Positions 30,402 to 39,706 of a stretch of 64,000 nt of DNA are shown piece by piece; positions within the stretch are counted from its first letter, which is position 1; each line of letters opens with the position of its first letter. The stretch lies in NCBI GenBank assembly GCA_963719505.1, contig CAVRCF010000003.1, forward strand, positions 1-64,000, read 5' to 3'. Both the position numbers and the translations under genes were made by a program. A model generated the notes under the pieces. It ran no database searches, was not told the DNA's origin, and saw nothing but the letters and a program-made list of their open reading frames with translations. Source of the stretch: Halobacteriovoraceae bacterium (GTDB taxonomy: Bacteria > Bdellovibrionota > Bacteriovoracia > Bacteriovoracales > Bacteriovoracaceae).

Positions 30402-31396
30402 TGGAAATGGGTAGACCACTGTCAGGTCAGAGAAATAAATTCAATGAAGTGACAATTGCTAAAAAGGCAAATAACGTCGACCCATCTCAAATGTCTCCTC
30501 AAGAGAAAGAAAAATACATGCAAAACCTTACCGGTTATAAAGAGAATAATAAAATATTCGTTGACGGTGAGAAGCATAATAAAATGGGAAAGGATGAGTT
30601 TTTAAAGCTTTTGACTTTCCAGTTAAAAAATCAAGACCCAATGAAACCAATGGAGCAGGGAAAGATGGCTGGCGAACTTGCACAGTTTTCTCAACTTGAG
30701 CAGCTTACAAATTTAAATACTAAGTTTGACGGTATGGGGCGAGATAAAAATATTGAATCTAAATTTTATGGAGCAAGCTTTCTTGGAAAAGAAGTTGTGA
30801 CAAATGGTTCAAGTTTAGAATTAAAAGGTGACGGAGAAAAATCAGATATTCTTTTTAATTTGCCAAAGCCAGCTTCAAAAGTTCTTCTTCGAGTTTTCGA
30901 TAAAAGAAATGCAATGATTGGTGAAGTGTGGCAGCAAAATGTTGGTCGTGGAAATCAATCTGTTACTTGGGATGGAATTTCTTTAGATGGAACTCCTGCC
31001 GTTAAAGGTGAATACAGAGTTCAAGTTATGGCCTTTGATGAGAGTGCTCAAAGAATGGCTGTTGAAACAAAAAATAAAGGAACAGTTGAATCTATTTTCT
31101 TTGAAAATGGTGAAACAGTTTTAAAAGTTAATGGAAAAAAAGTTTATCTTCGTGATGTCGATTCTTTTCACCTTGAAGGTAAAGGAAGAGTATCAACGGC
31201 TAAAGAAAACCACACTGCAGAGGCTCTTGCTGGTGTTGAACAAAAAGTGGGAAGATCTGCCGGATCGAATTTACCTATTGCGCAAAATAATAATATCGGG
31301 GTAAACTTAGATAGGGCTAAAAAACAATCTGGCCTCAACACTTATGGTAAACAGAATGTTGGAACAGGTATAACAAACGTATACGATACGGAGTAA
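30401..31396 (+). CDS. flgD: Flagellar hook-capping protein FlgD
   Basis: GKDEFLKLLTFQLKNQDP, LAQFSQLEQ and the WDG Ig-like domain. Confidence 0.95.
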   Translation: MEMGRPLSGQRNKFNEVTIAKKANNVDPSQMSPQEKEKYMQNLTGYKENNKIFVDGEKHNKMGKDEFLKLLTFQLKNQDPMKPMEQGKMAGELAQFSQLEQLTNLNTKFDGMGRDKNIESKFYGASFLGKEVVTNGSSLELKGDGEKSDILFNLPKPASKVLLRVFDKRNAMIGEVWQQNVGRGNQSVTWDGISLDGTPAVKGEYRVQVMAFDESAQRMAVETKNKGTVESIFFENGETVLKVNGKKVYLRDVDSFHLEGKGRVSTAKENHTAEALAGVEQKVGRSAGSNLPIAQNNNIGVNLDRAKKQSGLNTYGKQNVGTGITNVYDTE

Positions 31397-31398
31397 AA

Positions 31399-31809
31399 TT
31401 GGCGAATAATATAAACAATATATTAATTCCAAATGTTACAAAAACTTCTCATCAGAAGAGTGTAGACGTATCGAACCGCTTACCAAAAGAAGGTAAGCCA
31501 AGTGAATTTAATAATCTTTTAAAAGAGATTAATTCTGAGAAGCCCGTTCACGGTGGAATTAATCTAAGCACGCACGCGGCTAAAAGGTTAAGTGAAAGAA
31601 AGATTGATTTTAACGGAGAGGAATACCTCAAAGTTAAAGAAGGGATTTCCAGATTGAGTGCCAAAGGTGGTAAGAACTCTCTAGTAATCACAGATAAAGC
31701 TGCTTACATCGTAGATGTAGCAAATGAAAAAGTTATAACAGCTGTTGATAAGATGAGTATGAACGACAATGTTTTTACAAAAATCGACTCAACAGTTTTT
31801 ATGAATTGA
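31399..31809 (+). CDS. Flagellar operon protein, TIGR02530 family
   Basis: STHAAKRLSER, KGGKNSLV and NVFTKIDS motifs; typical position between flgD and flgE. Confidence 0.85.
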   Translation: MANNINNILIPNVTKTSHQKSVDVSNRLPKEGKPSEFNNLLKEINSEKPVHGGINLSTHAAKRLSERKIDFNGEEYLKVKEGISRLSAKGGKNSLVITDKAAYIVDVANEKVITAVDKMSMNDNVFTKIDSTVFMN

Positions 31810-31922
31810 TATAAATTTTTTTGTTGTTAAAGAAAACGGGTTGGTCCTTTCCGGAAACCTCAGTTTAGAGCCTTTAGTGCTCTACTCATTCTTTAACTCA
31901 TGTAGGTCTAGGAGGGACAATC

Positions 31923-33203
31923 ATGGGATTACTATCATCTTTCAACACTGGTGTATCGGGACTTGCTGCGGCAGGTACAAGTATGGGCGTTATCGGGGAT
32001 AACATTGCCAACGCGGGGACACACGGTTTCAAACGCTCAAGAGCAGAATTTCAAGACATGTTAGCAAAAAGTCTAAAAGGTATCGATGGTGGAGATCAGA
32101 TCGGTTCAGGGACAAAACTTGCTCACGTCACAGCTCAATACTCTCAAGGGAGTATCAAAAGAACAGAAAATATTACAGACGTAGCCCTAAATGGAAATGG
32201 ATTTTTCACAATTAAGGCTCCATTTGGTCAAGGTTATACAAGAGATGGTGCTTTCCACTTCGACAAAGAAGGTCAATTGATCACTGGTGATGGTTACCAA
32301 GTTATGGGTTTCCAAGCTGATGACAAAGGAAAGATCACAGCAAAACAAGATGTTATTAAATTAGGAAATACAACAGTTCCAGCTGAAGCAACTTCAGAAG
32401 TTGAGTTCTCTATGAACGTTGACTCAAGAGAGAAGCCTAAGCAGTTTAACCCACTTAACCCAGAAGACACTTCAAACTTTAATACAAGTGTTACTGTTTT
32501 TGATAATATCGGAACTCAAAGAGTTGTCACGATGTACTTTAACAAACTAGGGCCAAATCAGTGGGAATACCATGCAATGGCAGATGGCAAAGACGCTCAA
32601 GGTGGAGTTGAAGGTCAGATGGTTGAGATGGCAAAAGGTAATTTACAATTTGATTCAAGAGGTAGACTTCAGTCAGAAACTCCACAGTTAAACTCTTTTA
32701 ACTTTAATAATGGAGCGGCTGCGGGACAAGAAATCAAGTTCAACTTTGGTGAATCAATTGCTGAAGGTGGAGATGGAAAAGGTGCAAGTACACAGTACGG
32801 AACTGACTCTTCAATCGCAAGACATACACAAGACGGGAATAGTGCAGCAACTCTTTCTTCATTATCATTTAATGACGACGGTGTTCTATCAGCTTCTTAC
32901 GATAATGGTACAACAAGAGATATCGCACAAATTGCCATCGCAAAATTTGAAAACAACGAAGGTCTCTTCAAGACAGGTAAAAACCTTCTTAAAGAAACAA
33001 GAAAGTCTGGTCAACCGGCAATTGGTCAACCAGGAAAAGATGGAAGAGGACAAGTTTACTCTAAGTCTATCGAGCTTTCTAACGTTGATATCGCAAATGA
33101 ATTTATCGATATGATGGGTGCACAAAGAAACTTCCAAGCAAACACAAGAACGATCACAACGAGTGATCAGATGCTTCAAGAAGTTCTTAATATCAAGAGA
33201 TAA
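31923..33203 (+). CDS. flgE: Flagellar hook protein FlgE
   Basis: GDNIANAGTHGFK, YTRDGAF, ELSNVD and QRNFQAN motifs; GGAGG RBS. Confidence 0.96.
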   Translation: MGLLSSFNTGVSGLAAAGTSMGVIGDNIANAGTHGFKRSRAEFQDMLAKSLKGIDGGDQIGSGTKLAHVTAQYSQGSIKRTENITDVALNGNGFFTIKAPFGQGYTRDGAFHFDKEGQLITGDGYQVMGFQADDKGKITAKQDVIKLGNTTVPAEATSEVEFSMNVDSREKPKQFNPLNPEDTSNFNTSVTVFDNIGTQRVVTMYFNKLGPNQWEYHAMADGKDAQGGVEGQMVEMAKGNLQFDSRGRLQSETPQLNSFNFNNGAAAGQEIKFNFGESIAEGGDGKGASTQYGTDSSIARHTQDGNSAATLSSLSFNDDGVLSASYDNGTTRDIAQIAIAKFENNEGLFKTGKNLLKETRKSGQPAIGQPGKDGRGQVYSKSIELSNVDIANEFIDMMGAQRNFQANTRTITTSDQMLQEVLNIKR

Positions 33204-33352
33204 TCTCTAGGTATTAAAAAATAAAAAGTATAAGTTGCAATTGAGGTAGATGTGAGAGACCTACCTCAATATTCACGCAACGAAATGGAAGCAAGAAGCC
33301 TCCAAATTCTTTTTGCTGACATAAAACACATAACAACAAAATATCAACGAAG

Positions 33353-33382
33353 AAAAAGCCCCAGGAATTTGGGGCTTTTTTT
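33353..33382 (+). terminator. Rho-independent terminator ending the flagellar operon
   Basis: AAAAAGCCCCA-GGAATT-TGGGGCTTTTTTT. Confidence 0.88.
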
Positions 33383-33392
33383 GTGAGAGAAA

Positions 33393-33995
33393 GTGATGAA
33401 AAAAATTATAGAGAATATGCCAAAGGTTTATGAAGACAATGCAGAAGCTTTTCATAAGCAAAGAGATAAGTCGTTGTTTGAAAAGGCGTGGCTCGATAAA
33501 TTCCTTAAGCACGTTGACGGAGAGGTCCTAGATATCGGCTGTGGGAGCGGAGATCCCATTACTAGGTATTTGATAATTGAGGGATATAAAGTTACTGGTG
33601 TTGATCAATCTAATTCAATGATAGGAATAGCAAAGAAAAATTTTCCAAAAAATGAATGGCTTGTAGGAGATATGAGACAGATTAGTCTGGATAAAAAATT
33701 TTCAGGTATTATTGCTTGGAATAGTTTTTTTCATTTAACAAACTCTGATCAGAAAATGGCTTTTAAAAAGTTCTTGTATCATCTTCTACCTGAGGGCGTG
33801 CTCATGTTTACTGCTGGACCAAGTAATGGTGAAGTTTTAGGACGTGTCAATGGTTTTGACGTTTATCACAGTAGCATGTCAAGCGATGAGTATAAAACTG
33901 AACTAGAGAAACTTGGAATGCAAATTATCGATTATAAACTTGAAGACTCAAGTTGTAATATGCATTCAGTTTATCTAGCTAAAAGAATGACCTAA
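33393..33995 (+). CDS. Class I SAM-dependent methyltransferase
   Basis: VLDIGCGSG, GVDQS, GDMR and AWNSFFHL motifs. Confidence 0.88.
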   Translation: MMKKIIENMPKVYEDNAEAFHKQRDKSLFEKAWLDKFLKHVDGEVLDIGCGSGDPITRYLIIEGYKVTGVDQSNSMIGIAKKNFPKNEWLVGDMRQISLDKKFSGIIAWNSFFHLTNSDQKMAFKKFLYHLLPEGVLMFTAGPSNGEVLGRVNGFDVYHSSMSSDEYKTELEKLGMQIIDYKLEDSSCNMHSVYLAKRMT

Positions 33996-34523
33996 AGTCT
34001 CTTTATAGAGATACCATGTAACTAAAACTAATGAATGGTTTATAACACCAGAATCAATCATCTGTTGAACCTCGGAAATGCTTTCCTTTACAACTTCAAT
34101 TTCTTCATGCTCATCTAGTTTAAGATCTCCAAAACTATCAAGTCCTGTGGCCAAAAAGTGATAACAAAAATTATTAAAATGAGCGGGATTAGGTCTGCAA
34201 CTTCCAAGTTCTTTGATATCAAATTGACTAGCTCCAGTTTCTTCAAGGAGTTCTCTTTTGGCAGCCTCTAGTGGATTTTCACCCTCATCAATGATTCCCG
34301 CTGGGAATTCATAGGTAACTTCACTGGTTCCAAATCTGAACTGTTTCACTAGGATAACCTCACCATCACGAGTTATCGGTAGCACATTGACCCAGTTTCT
34401 GGACTCAATGACAGTAAATTCAGATTGTTTACCACTTGTAGGTGATTGAAATTGTTGAAAAAAGACTTTAAAGATCTTTGCGTCAAGAACTTCGCGTTTT
34501 TTGCCACTTATCCACTTTTTCAT
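33975..34523 (-). CDS. NUDIX hydrolase (ADP-ribose pyrophosphatase-like)
   Basis: Nudix box GIIDEGENPLEAAKRELLEETG; LVKQFR. Confidence 0.9.
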   Translation of the reverse strand: MKKWISGKKREVLDAKIFKVFFQQFQSPTSGKQSEFTVIESRNWVNVLPITRDGEVILVKQFRFGTSEVTYEFPAGIIDEGENPLEAAKRELLEETGASQFDIKELGSCRPNPAHFNNFCYHFLATGLDSFGDLKLDEHEEIEVVKESISEVQQMIDSGVINHSLVLVTWYLYKETLGHSFS

Positions 34524-34576
34524 TCTTTGCCTTTATAATAATAGAATAGTAAGTTAAATATATACTCGGAGAAAAT

Positions 34577-35014
34577 ATGAAGTTAGTCATTATCATGCTT
34601 TTAACATTATCATCAGCTTTTGCAAAAAACTCATTGGTTGGAGCTTATGCCGAGTATAACTTTGATGCGGGTAATATCAAGGGAACGATGAAAGTTGAAC
34701 TCACAAACTACAATCCAGCTTCAAATACTTTCACACAAACAACAACGACTCATTCCGAAGGCAATACAAATGTAGATACTGATACTGTGTCTGCAGATGA
34801 TATCAATACTCAGGATGAGAATTTAATGATCTTAAGTATCTGTGAGACTGAGCTAGGTGGAAAACTTCAGCAGCTTACAGTTGCGGCCGGTACATTTGAA
34901 ACTTGTAATATCTCTGATACAGATACGAGATTCTACTTTGCCAATGTTCCTTTTGGATACGTAAAACTCATCTCTACAATTCAAACAGTAGAGCTAAAAA
35001 GCTTTTCTTTCTAA
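34577..35014 (+). CDS. Hypothetical secreted protein
   Basis: GGAG RBS, signal peptide ending SSAFA, and an LTVAAGTFETC motif. Confidence 0.75.
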   Translation: MKLVIIMLLTLSSAFAKNSLVGAYAEYNFDAGNIKGTMKVELTNYNPASNTFTQTTTTHSEGNTNVDTDTVSADDINTQDENLMILSICETELGGKLQQLTVAAGTFETCNISDTDTRFYFANVPFGYVKLISTIQTVELKSFSF

Positions 35015-35874
35015 GAAGCTTTTAAAAACTTTCTAACAAAATACCTTTTTATAAAAATCATCCACACGGGCTTTGGTTTTTCTACTTTATGTGTCCATGG
35101 ATTAATAAAGTATCCCCTGTAATTGGAAACATCTGTAATACCTAAAACATTTCGAATCACTTCATAGGCCATAAGTGTTCCGGTATTAATGACCATTGGA
35201 GAAAAAGAAATTCTCTTTCTCGTGCCCGCAGCAATTTCTTTAGCAATATCAGGATCGATATAATCAACATTAGTTGTATGGGTCATAACGAATTCAATCT
35301 CTTTTAAAAAACATCCAGAGAGTACATCTTCACTTAGCTCAGAGTTTTTCTTACCGACACTTGGATAGTCTAGAAACTCTTCCGGTCTAGGATCCCTTGG
35401 TCTCACTGTGTAGACATTAGGAAAGAGGGAAGCATAAGCATCAATGGCTATTTTTCCGTGCTCTTTAGCTTTTCGCATAAGATTAATGGAGGCAAAAGTA
35501 TCATCACACCCATTGACGACAATATCGACTTTGGACAGAATTTTATCTAGCTCAGGCACCCAATCCTCTGGTGCTCTTTCGATCTTTAAATCGGGGTTTA
35601 TCTTTAAGCATCTTTCTATCGTCGATTCTAATTTTGATTCGTCAACATTGTCTAAATCACAAAACACTTGGCGATTCATATTGGAAACTTCAAAGGTATC
35701 AATATCCACTAGTATGAAGCTTTCAATCCCTGCTCTGACCATCGTCATAAGAGCGGCACCTCCCATCCCCCCAACGCCTGCAACAAAGACTCTCGTCTCT
35801 TTTAACTTCTCTTGTTGTGTTGGTGTCACGAAGCCAATATTTCTTGTCGTGAATTCCGAATAGTTAAATGTCAT
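35011..35874 (-). CDS. ThiF/MoeB/E1-like adenylyltransferase
   Basis: VAGVGGMGG, DIDTFEVSNMNRQ and VNGCDD motifs; no CxxC zinc pairs; ATG 35874 overlaps the upstream gene. Confidence 0.9.
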   Translation of the reverse strand: MTFNYSEFTTRNIGFVTPTQQEKLKETRVFVAGVGGMGGAALMTMVRAGIESFILVDIDTFEVSNMNRQVFCDLDNVDESKLESTIERCLKINPDLKIERAPEDWVPELDKILSKVDIVVNGCDDTFASINLMRKAKEHGKIAIDAYASLFPNVYTVRPRDPRPEEFLDYPSVGKKNSELSEDVLSGCFLKEIEFVMTHTTNVDYIDPDIAKEIAAGTRKRISFSPMVINTGTLMAYEVIRNVLGITDVSNYRGYFINPWTHKVEKPKPVWMIFIKRYFVRKFLKAS

Positions 35875-36823
35875 GAGTATCCTTTGAGTTCGGTATAAGC
35901 CATCTAAAGTAGGGAAGAACAATTGTTAAAAATAAAGCTAAGAAAATGTTTACAATAAAATTACCAAGAGCACCTTGTATAACTTTATTTTTTAAAGTAC
36001 GAATAATAAATTTAATATCTAAAAACGCGACCTGCATAAAGTCATCACCGCGGGCATAGTCTAGACTGTCTTCCAAAAAGACATCCACTCTTGTGTCTGC
36101 TCTATATTTTGCACATTGAGCAAACGTCTTTTTAAGGTTATCAGATCCCCCTGTATAGGAGTCTTCTATGATAAAGTCCTCAGCTAGAAAAATAGCTTCC
36201 TCTCCAACTCCGAAAGCCTGTTTATGCTCATTAAATATTTTCTGGGCAATAATTTTTTGCTCCTGGTTGGGTTCATCTTGGTACATTGACGGATAGCAAG
36301 AGGTATAAAAGTCTTGCACGAGACCAAAGGCTGCTGGGACTTGAGTAACGTTACTTATCCATTGTTTTCTAAATCCATTTTTAAGGAGAATGAAAAGGTT
36401 AGGTAGCCCGTATATTAAAGTTGTAATATTTTTTCCACGTGAGGCTTTAGAGACAAAAGCCAGGCCTAAATGGAGAACTTCTTCTGTCGTCGCTCCCAGC
36501 TCAATATGAAAATAGATCTGGGCTGACATGGCAATAGGTCTATCATCCTTGTCGTAGATGATACTAATAATCCTTTTAGCTAAGTCTGATGCTTCGCCTT
36601 TTAAAACACCATATTCTGGGACATCAATTGCATCTTCTGAGTTTGCCACAACATCGGTGACATCTTTAATGATTCTTTGAAGTTGTTCCTCTGTGCACCA
36701 AAGAGCTGGCTTTTCCCAAATTTCAAACTTTAAACCACCGCGAAGTTCTATGCGACAATTAAATCTCTCACTGTCCGTTGTAACAGCTTTTATAATGGAA
36801 TAGAGATTTCTAGCGACGAGCAT
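35864..36823 (-). CDS. Atypical GNAT-fold protein with C-terminal membrane anchor
   Basis: VLHLGLAFVSKASRGKN resembles GNAT motif A; C-terminal hydrophobic helix; GGAG RBS before ATG 36823. Confidence 0.6.
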   Translation of the reverse strand: MLVARNLYSIIKAVTTDSERFNCRIELRGGLKFEIWEKPALWCTEEQLQRIIKDVTDVVANSEDAIDVPEYGVLKGEASDLAKRIISIIYDKDDRPIAMSAQIYFHIELGATTEEVLHLGLAFVSKASRGKNITTLIYGLPNLFILLKNGFRKQWISNVTQVPAAFGLVQDFYTSCYPSMYQDEPNQEQKIIAQKIFNEHKQAFGVGEEAIFLAEDFIIEDSYTGGSDNLKKTFAQCAKYRADTRVDVFLEDSLDYARGDDFMQVAFLDIKFIIRTLKNKVIQGALGNFIVNIFLALFLTIVLPYFRWLIPNSKDTHDI

Positions 36824-38003
36824 AGGTATCTCCAATGATGAGAGCGGTAATTTTTCCAAAACACAGGCTCATCTCGTCTATACTCTCTGATGGGTAAACC
36901 TCGACAGTTAATATCGTTTCATCATCGAGATAATAAAAGACATGACATTTGTAAAACTTGAAGGCTTTTTCTATTTCAATCTTAAGCTCTCTACAAATAT
37001 CTAATTCCTCCTGATGAAGGGGACTATCCAGCAGATCGATGGAGAGGACTCTGGACTTATCTTTTAGAAACTGTTGAAAATGAATGAATTTATTTTCATT
37101 GAGCTCATTGATATTTATATAGCGAGTTCTCTTTACGTAATTGAGAAGCTCTATATCTCTCACTTCTTTAAAATGGATAAGCTCTTTAGTTGCAGACTTT
37201 ATATCAAAGCGGTAGATCTTAGAAATATTGCTAAAGATCGACTTAAAGGTGAGTTCGATAAGAAATGAGGCTATGACAATAAATGAAAAGATACTCCAGT
37301 CAGCATTTGGAATGAGAAAGTAGAGGGTATAGGAGAATCCTAATATTTTAATAATCGAGAAAAACGAGCCCAATAACATATTTTTTCGTGTTAAGGAGTG
37401 TGAATTATTGATCATGGCCGTGACGATGAAGACAATAGGAAAAATAAGAAGCGCTGAGGGACGAGTTGAAAAATAATTTCGACTTAGTGTCCAGTCAACG
37501 AGAAGAATAATTAAGGCAGAAGCCATGGCGATAAGAGAGCCAGAGTATCTTCTTTTTTCAAAGTTTGATTTCGCTGATTGAAGACCCTTGAAGTTTAGAG
37601 CATACAGATAGCCAAATATAGATATTTGCCAAATGAACGATAGGCCCAACCAATATACTGTAACGTGGTAGTCTGTCGCTGTTCCTATTAAAAGAATAAA
37701 GAAGATAGTGCTAATGTAGAGCTTAAACTTTATGGAGAGCCTAAGTTTTCCAATTTTTTCAAAGAAAATGAGAATACTAAACATGCATAGGGTGAGAAAA
37801 AAGTGCTCTAGATTATAGGCGGTAGACTCAACGGTTCTTTCAGAAATGGATCTAAAACTATAGGCCAGCCCTAAACTGAGTGTCATAAATCCGTAAATGA
37901 TTCTAATAGAATCCTTCTTTTTCATGATAAATGCGGACGCGGCTAAAAGAATGAGACTCAGCGAAGCCAGAGCATTCAGTTTAGCGATAAGAATATCTGT
38001 CAT
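36810..38003 (-). CDS. Polytopic membrane protein (about 8 TM) with soluble C-terminal domain
   Basis: Repeated hydrophobic helices over roughly the first 260 aa; no catalytic motif in the tail. Confidence 0.75.
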   Translation of the reverse strand: MTDILIAKLNALASLSLILLAASAFIMKKKDSIRIIYGFMTLSLGLAYSFRSISERTVESTAYNLEHFFLTLCMFSILIFFEKIGKLRLSIKFKLYISTIFFILLIGTATDYHVTVYWLGLSFIWQISIFGYLYALNFKGLQSAKSNFEKRRYSGSLIAMASALIILLVDWTLSRNYFSTRPSALLIFPIVFIVTAMINNSHSLTRKNMLLGSFFSIIKILGFSYTLYFLIPNADWSIFSFIVIASFLIELTFKSIFSNISKIYRFDIKSATKELIHFKEVRDIELLNYVKRTRYININELNENKFIHFQQFLKDKSRVLSIDLLDSPLHQEELDICRELKIEIEKAFKFYKCHVFYYLDDETILTVEVYPSESIDEMSLCFGKITALIIGDTYARR

Positions 38004-38009
38004 GATGCC

Positions 38010-38036
38010 TTATCGGAGTAGTTGACAAAAACATTA
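38010..38036 (-). promoter_or_regulatory. Sigma-28 (FliA)-type promoter
   Basis: Minus strand TAAT-N15-TCCGATAA, 6 nt before ATG 38003. Confidence 0.6.
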
Positions 38037-38068
38037 AAGAATTCTTGAGGTTTTGACGATATGAACCT

Positions 38069-39166
38069 ATGGAAATTAAAACTGATAGATTTAAAGACTT
38101 TTTTGAAGTCCCGTTTAGTATTTATAAAGGCTCAAACTACGTTTCACCTTTCAAAGATGACCTTAAACGTTTTCTCAATAAAAGGAACCCCACATTTGCG
38201 GGTAAGGATAATTTTGAGATCTTTACTCTTTATCAAGGTGGCAAGTGTATCGGAAGGATCTGTGCACATGTTCATGGAAAGTATAATTCCCACTACAAAT
38301 CCAAAACAGGATTCTTTGGCTTTTTTGATTGTATAAATGACCAGGCAGCAGCCAACCTCCTTTTGGATTCAGCTTGCACTTGGCTCAAGCATAAAGGGAT
38401 GACAGAGGTGTGGGGAAACTTTAATCTGACAACCCAGCAACCTTTTGGCGTGATGACTGAGGGATTTGAAAATAAGCCCTATATGGAAATGCTCTATAGT
38501 CCAAAATATATAGCTGATCTCTTGAGAGCTCGTGGGTTTAGTCCCGACTTCCCAGTGACAACCTTTGAAATTGATTTAGATAATGCTCTTGAAAATGACT
38601 TACAATCCGCTAAAGTTGCAGAGATTTTAAGCAGTGACGACTTTGAAATCAGAAAGGTTTCAAAGAAAAACTTTAAAAAACAAATGGCCCAGTGCTGTGA
38701 ACTTTTAAATATATCTTTTGCAAAAAATCCACTCTTTGTTCCCATTTCAAATGAAGAATTTTGGTTTCAAGCCAAAGAGATGACTTATATTTTAGATGAA
38801 GAGATTACTCAATTTATTTATCATAAAGAAGAAGTTGCAGGTGTTGTCGTCTGCGTCCCTGACCTAAACCCTGTTCTTGAAAAGTTTAAGTCACGTCTTG
38901 GATTAGGACTTATTTATAATCTTCTTCGTCTTAAGAAAAATAAGGATCGTGCTCTTTTGGTATTCGCATCAGTAGATCCGAAGTTCCATTCCCAAGGCTT
39001 AGGTGCCGCTATGTTTATCCGCTGTATTGAAAACCTTGTAAAAAATGGATACAAAAGTCTAGGAATAACCTGGGTTAGTGATTCAAACAAAGCGTCTTTA
39101 GCCGGGATTAATAAACTCAAGCATAAAAAACTTCATAGGCTTTATATCTTTAAAAAAGCTTTATAG
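38069..39166 (+). CDS. Tandem-GNAT acyltransferase, YghO/bacterial ceramide synthase-like family
   Basis: IGRICA, GFFGFFDCIND, WLKHKGM..VWGNFN, GFENKPYMEMLYSPKY, VDPKFHSQGLG and TWVSDSN motifs. Confidence 0.75.
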   Translation: MEIKTDRFKDFFEVPFSIYKGSNYVSPFKDDLKRFLNKRNPTFAGKDNFEIFTLYQGGKCIGRICAHVHGKYNSHYKSKTGFFGFFDCINDQAAANLLLDSACTWLKHKGMTEVWGNFNLTTQQPFGVMTEGFENKPYMEMLYSPKYIADLLRARGFSPDFPVTTFEIDLDNALENDLQSAKVAEILSSDDFEIRKVSKKNFKKQMAQCCELLNISFAKNPLFVPISNEEFWFQAKEMTYILDEEITQFIYHKEEVAGVVVCVPDLNPVLEKFKSRLGLGLIYNLLRLKKNKDRALLVFASVDPKFHSQGLGAAMFIRCIENLVKNGYKSLGITWVSDSNKASLAGINKLKHKKLHRLYIFKKAL

Positions 39167-39706
39167 AGGTGATATCATCGAACGAAGATGCTTATTGAAT
39201 TTCTCTAAAAGCTCTTCCGTTGGAACAAGTTGTCTTTCTGTAATTCCAGCAAGATCAAAAATCTTTTTTGCAATCTTATGACTCTCAGTAAGAGCGTGCT
39301 TGTTTGAAAGGTAAATGACTTCTTTCACACCAGAGCTGGCCAGTAACTTTGCACATTCATTACAGGGAAATAACGTTACATAGCAGCGGCTGTTTTTTAG
39401 ACTTCGAGGTGAGTGTAAAATAGCATTGGCTTCAGAGTGGACGACATAGCCGTATTTTTGATGCTCTAAAGGCTGAGATTTGTCTTTTCCCCATGGGAGT
39501 TTAGTCTCATCAATCCCAGCAATAAAACCATTGTAGCCCATTGTTATTTGGTGGTTAAATTCATCAACAAAAACACTTCCCACTTTTGTGGCAGGATCTT
39601 TTGATTTAAAACTGGCCATCATCGCTTGCAACATAAAGTACTCATCCCAAGTGAGAGCACTTTTGGCTTCAAAGTAATTTGGATTTTTGCTTAAATCTTC
39701 AGGCAT
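39161..39706 (-). CDS. Deoxycytidylate (dCMP) deaminase, ComEB-like
   Basis: WDEYFM, SKDPATKVG, GYNG, HSEANA and PCNEC zinc motifs. Confidence 0.92.
   Translation of the reverse strand: MPEDLSKNPNYFEAKSALTWDEYFMLQAMMASFKSKDPATKVGSVFVDEFNHQITMGYNGFIAGIDETKLPWGKDKSQPLEHQKYGYVVHSEANAILHSPRSLKNSRCYVTLFPCNECAKLLASSGVKEVIYLSNKHALTESHKIAKKIFDLAGITERQLVPTEELLEKFNKHLRSMISPL

Noticed and set aside
35011-35874. ThiF as part of a CBASS/ubiquitin-like, thiamine, molybdopterin or microcin C system
   Set aside because: No E2, JAB, cyclase, sulfur-carrier or precursor peptide gene nearby.
39161-39706. Deaminase as a known anti-phage dCTP deaminase
   Set aside because: It lacks the N-terminal kinase-like domain of those proteins and looks like a standard dCMP deaminase.
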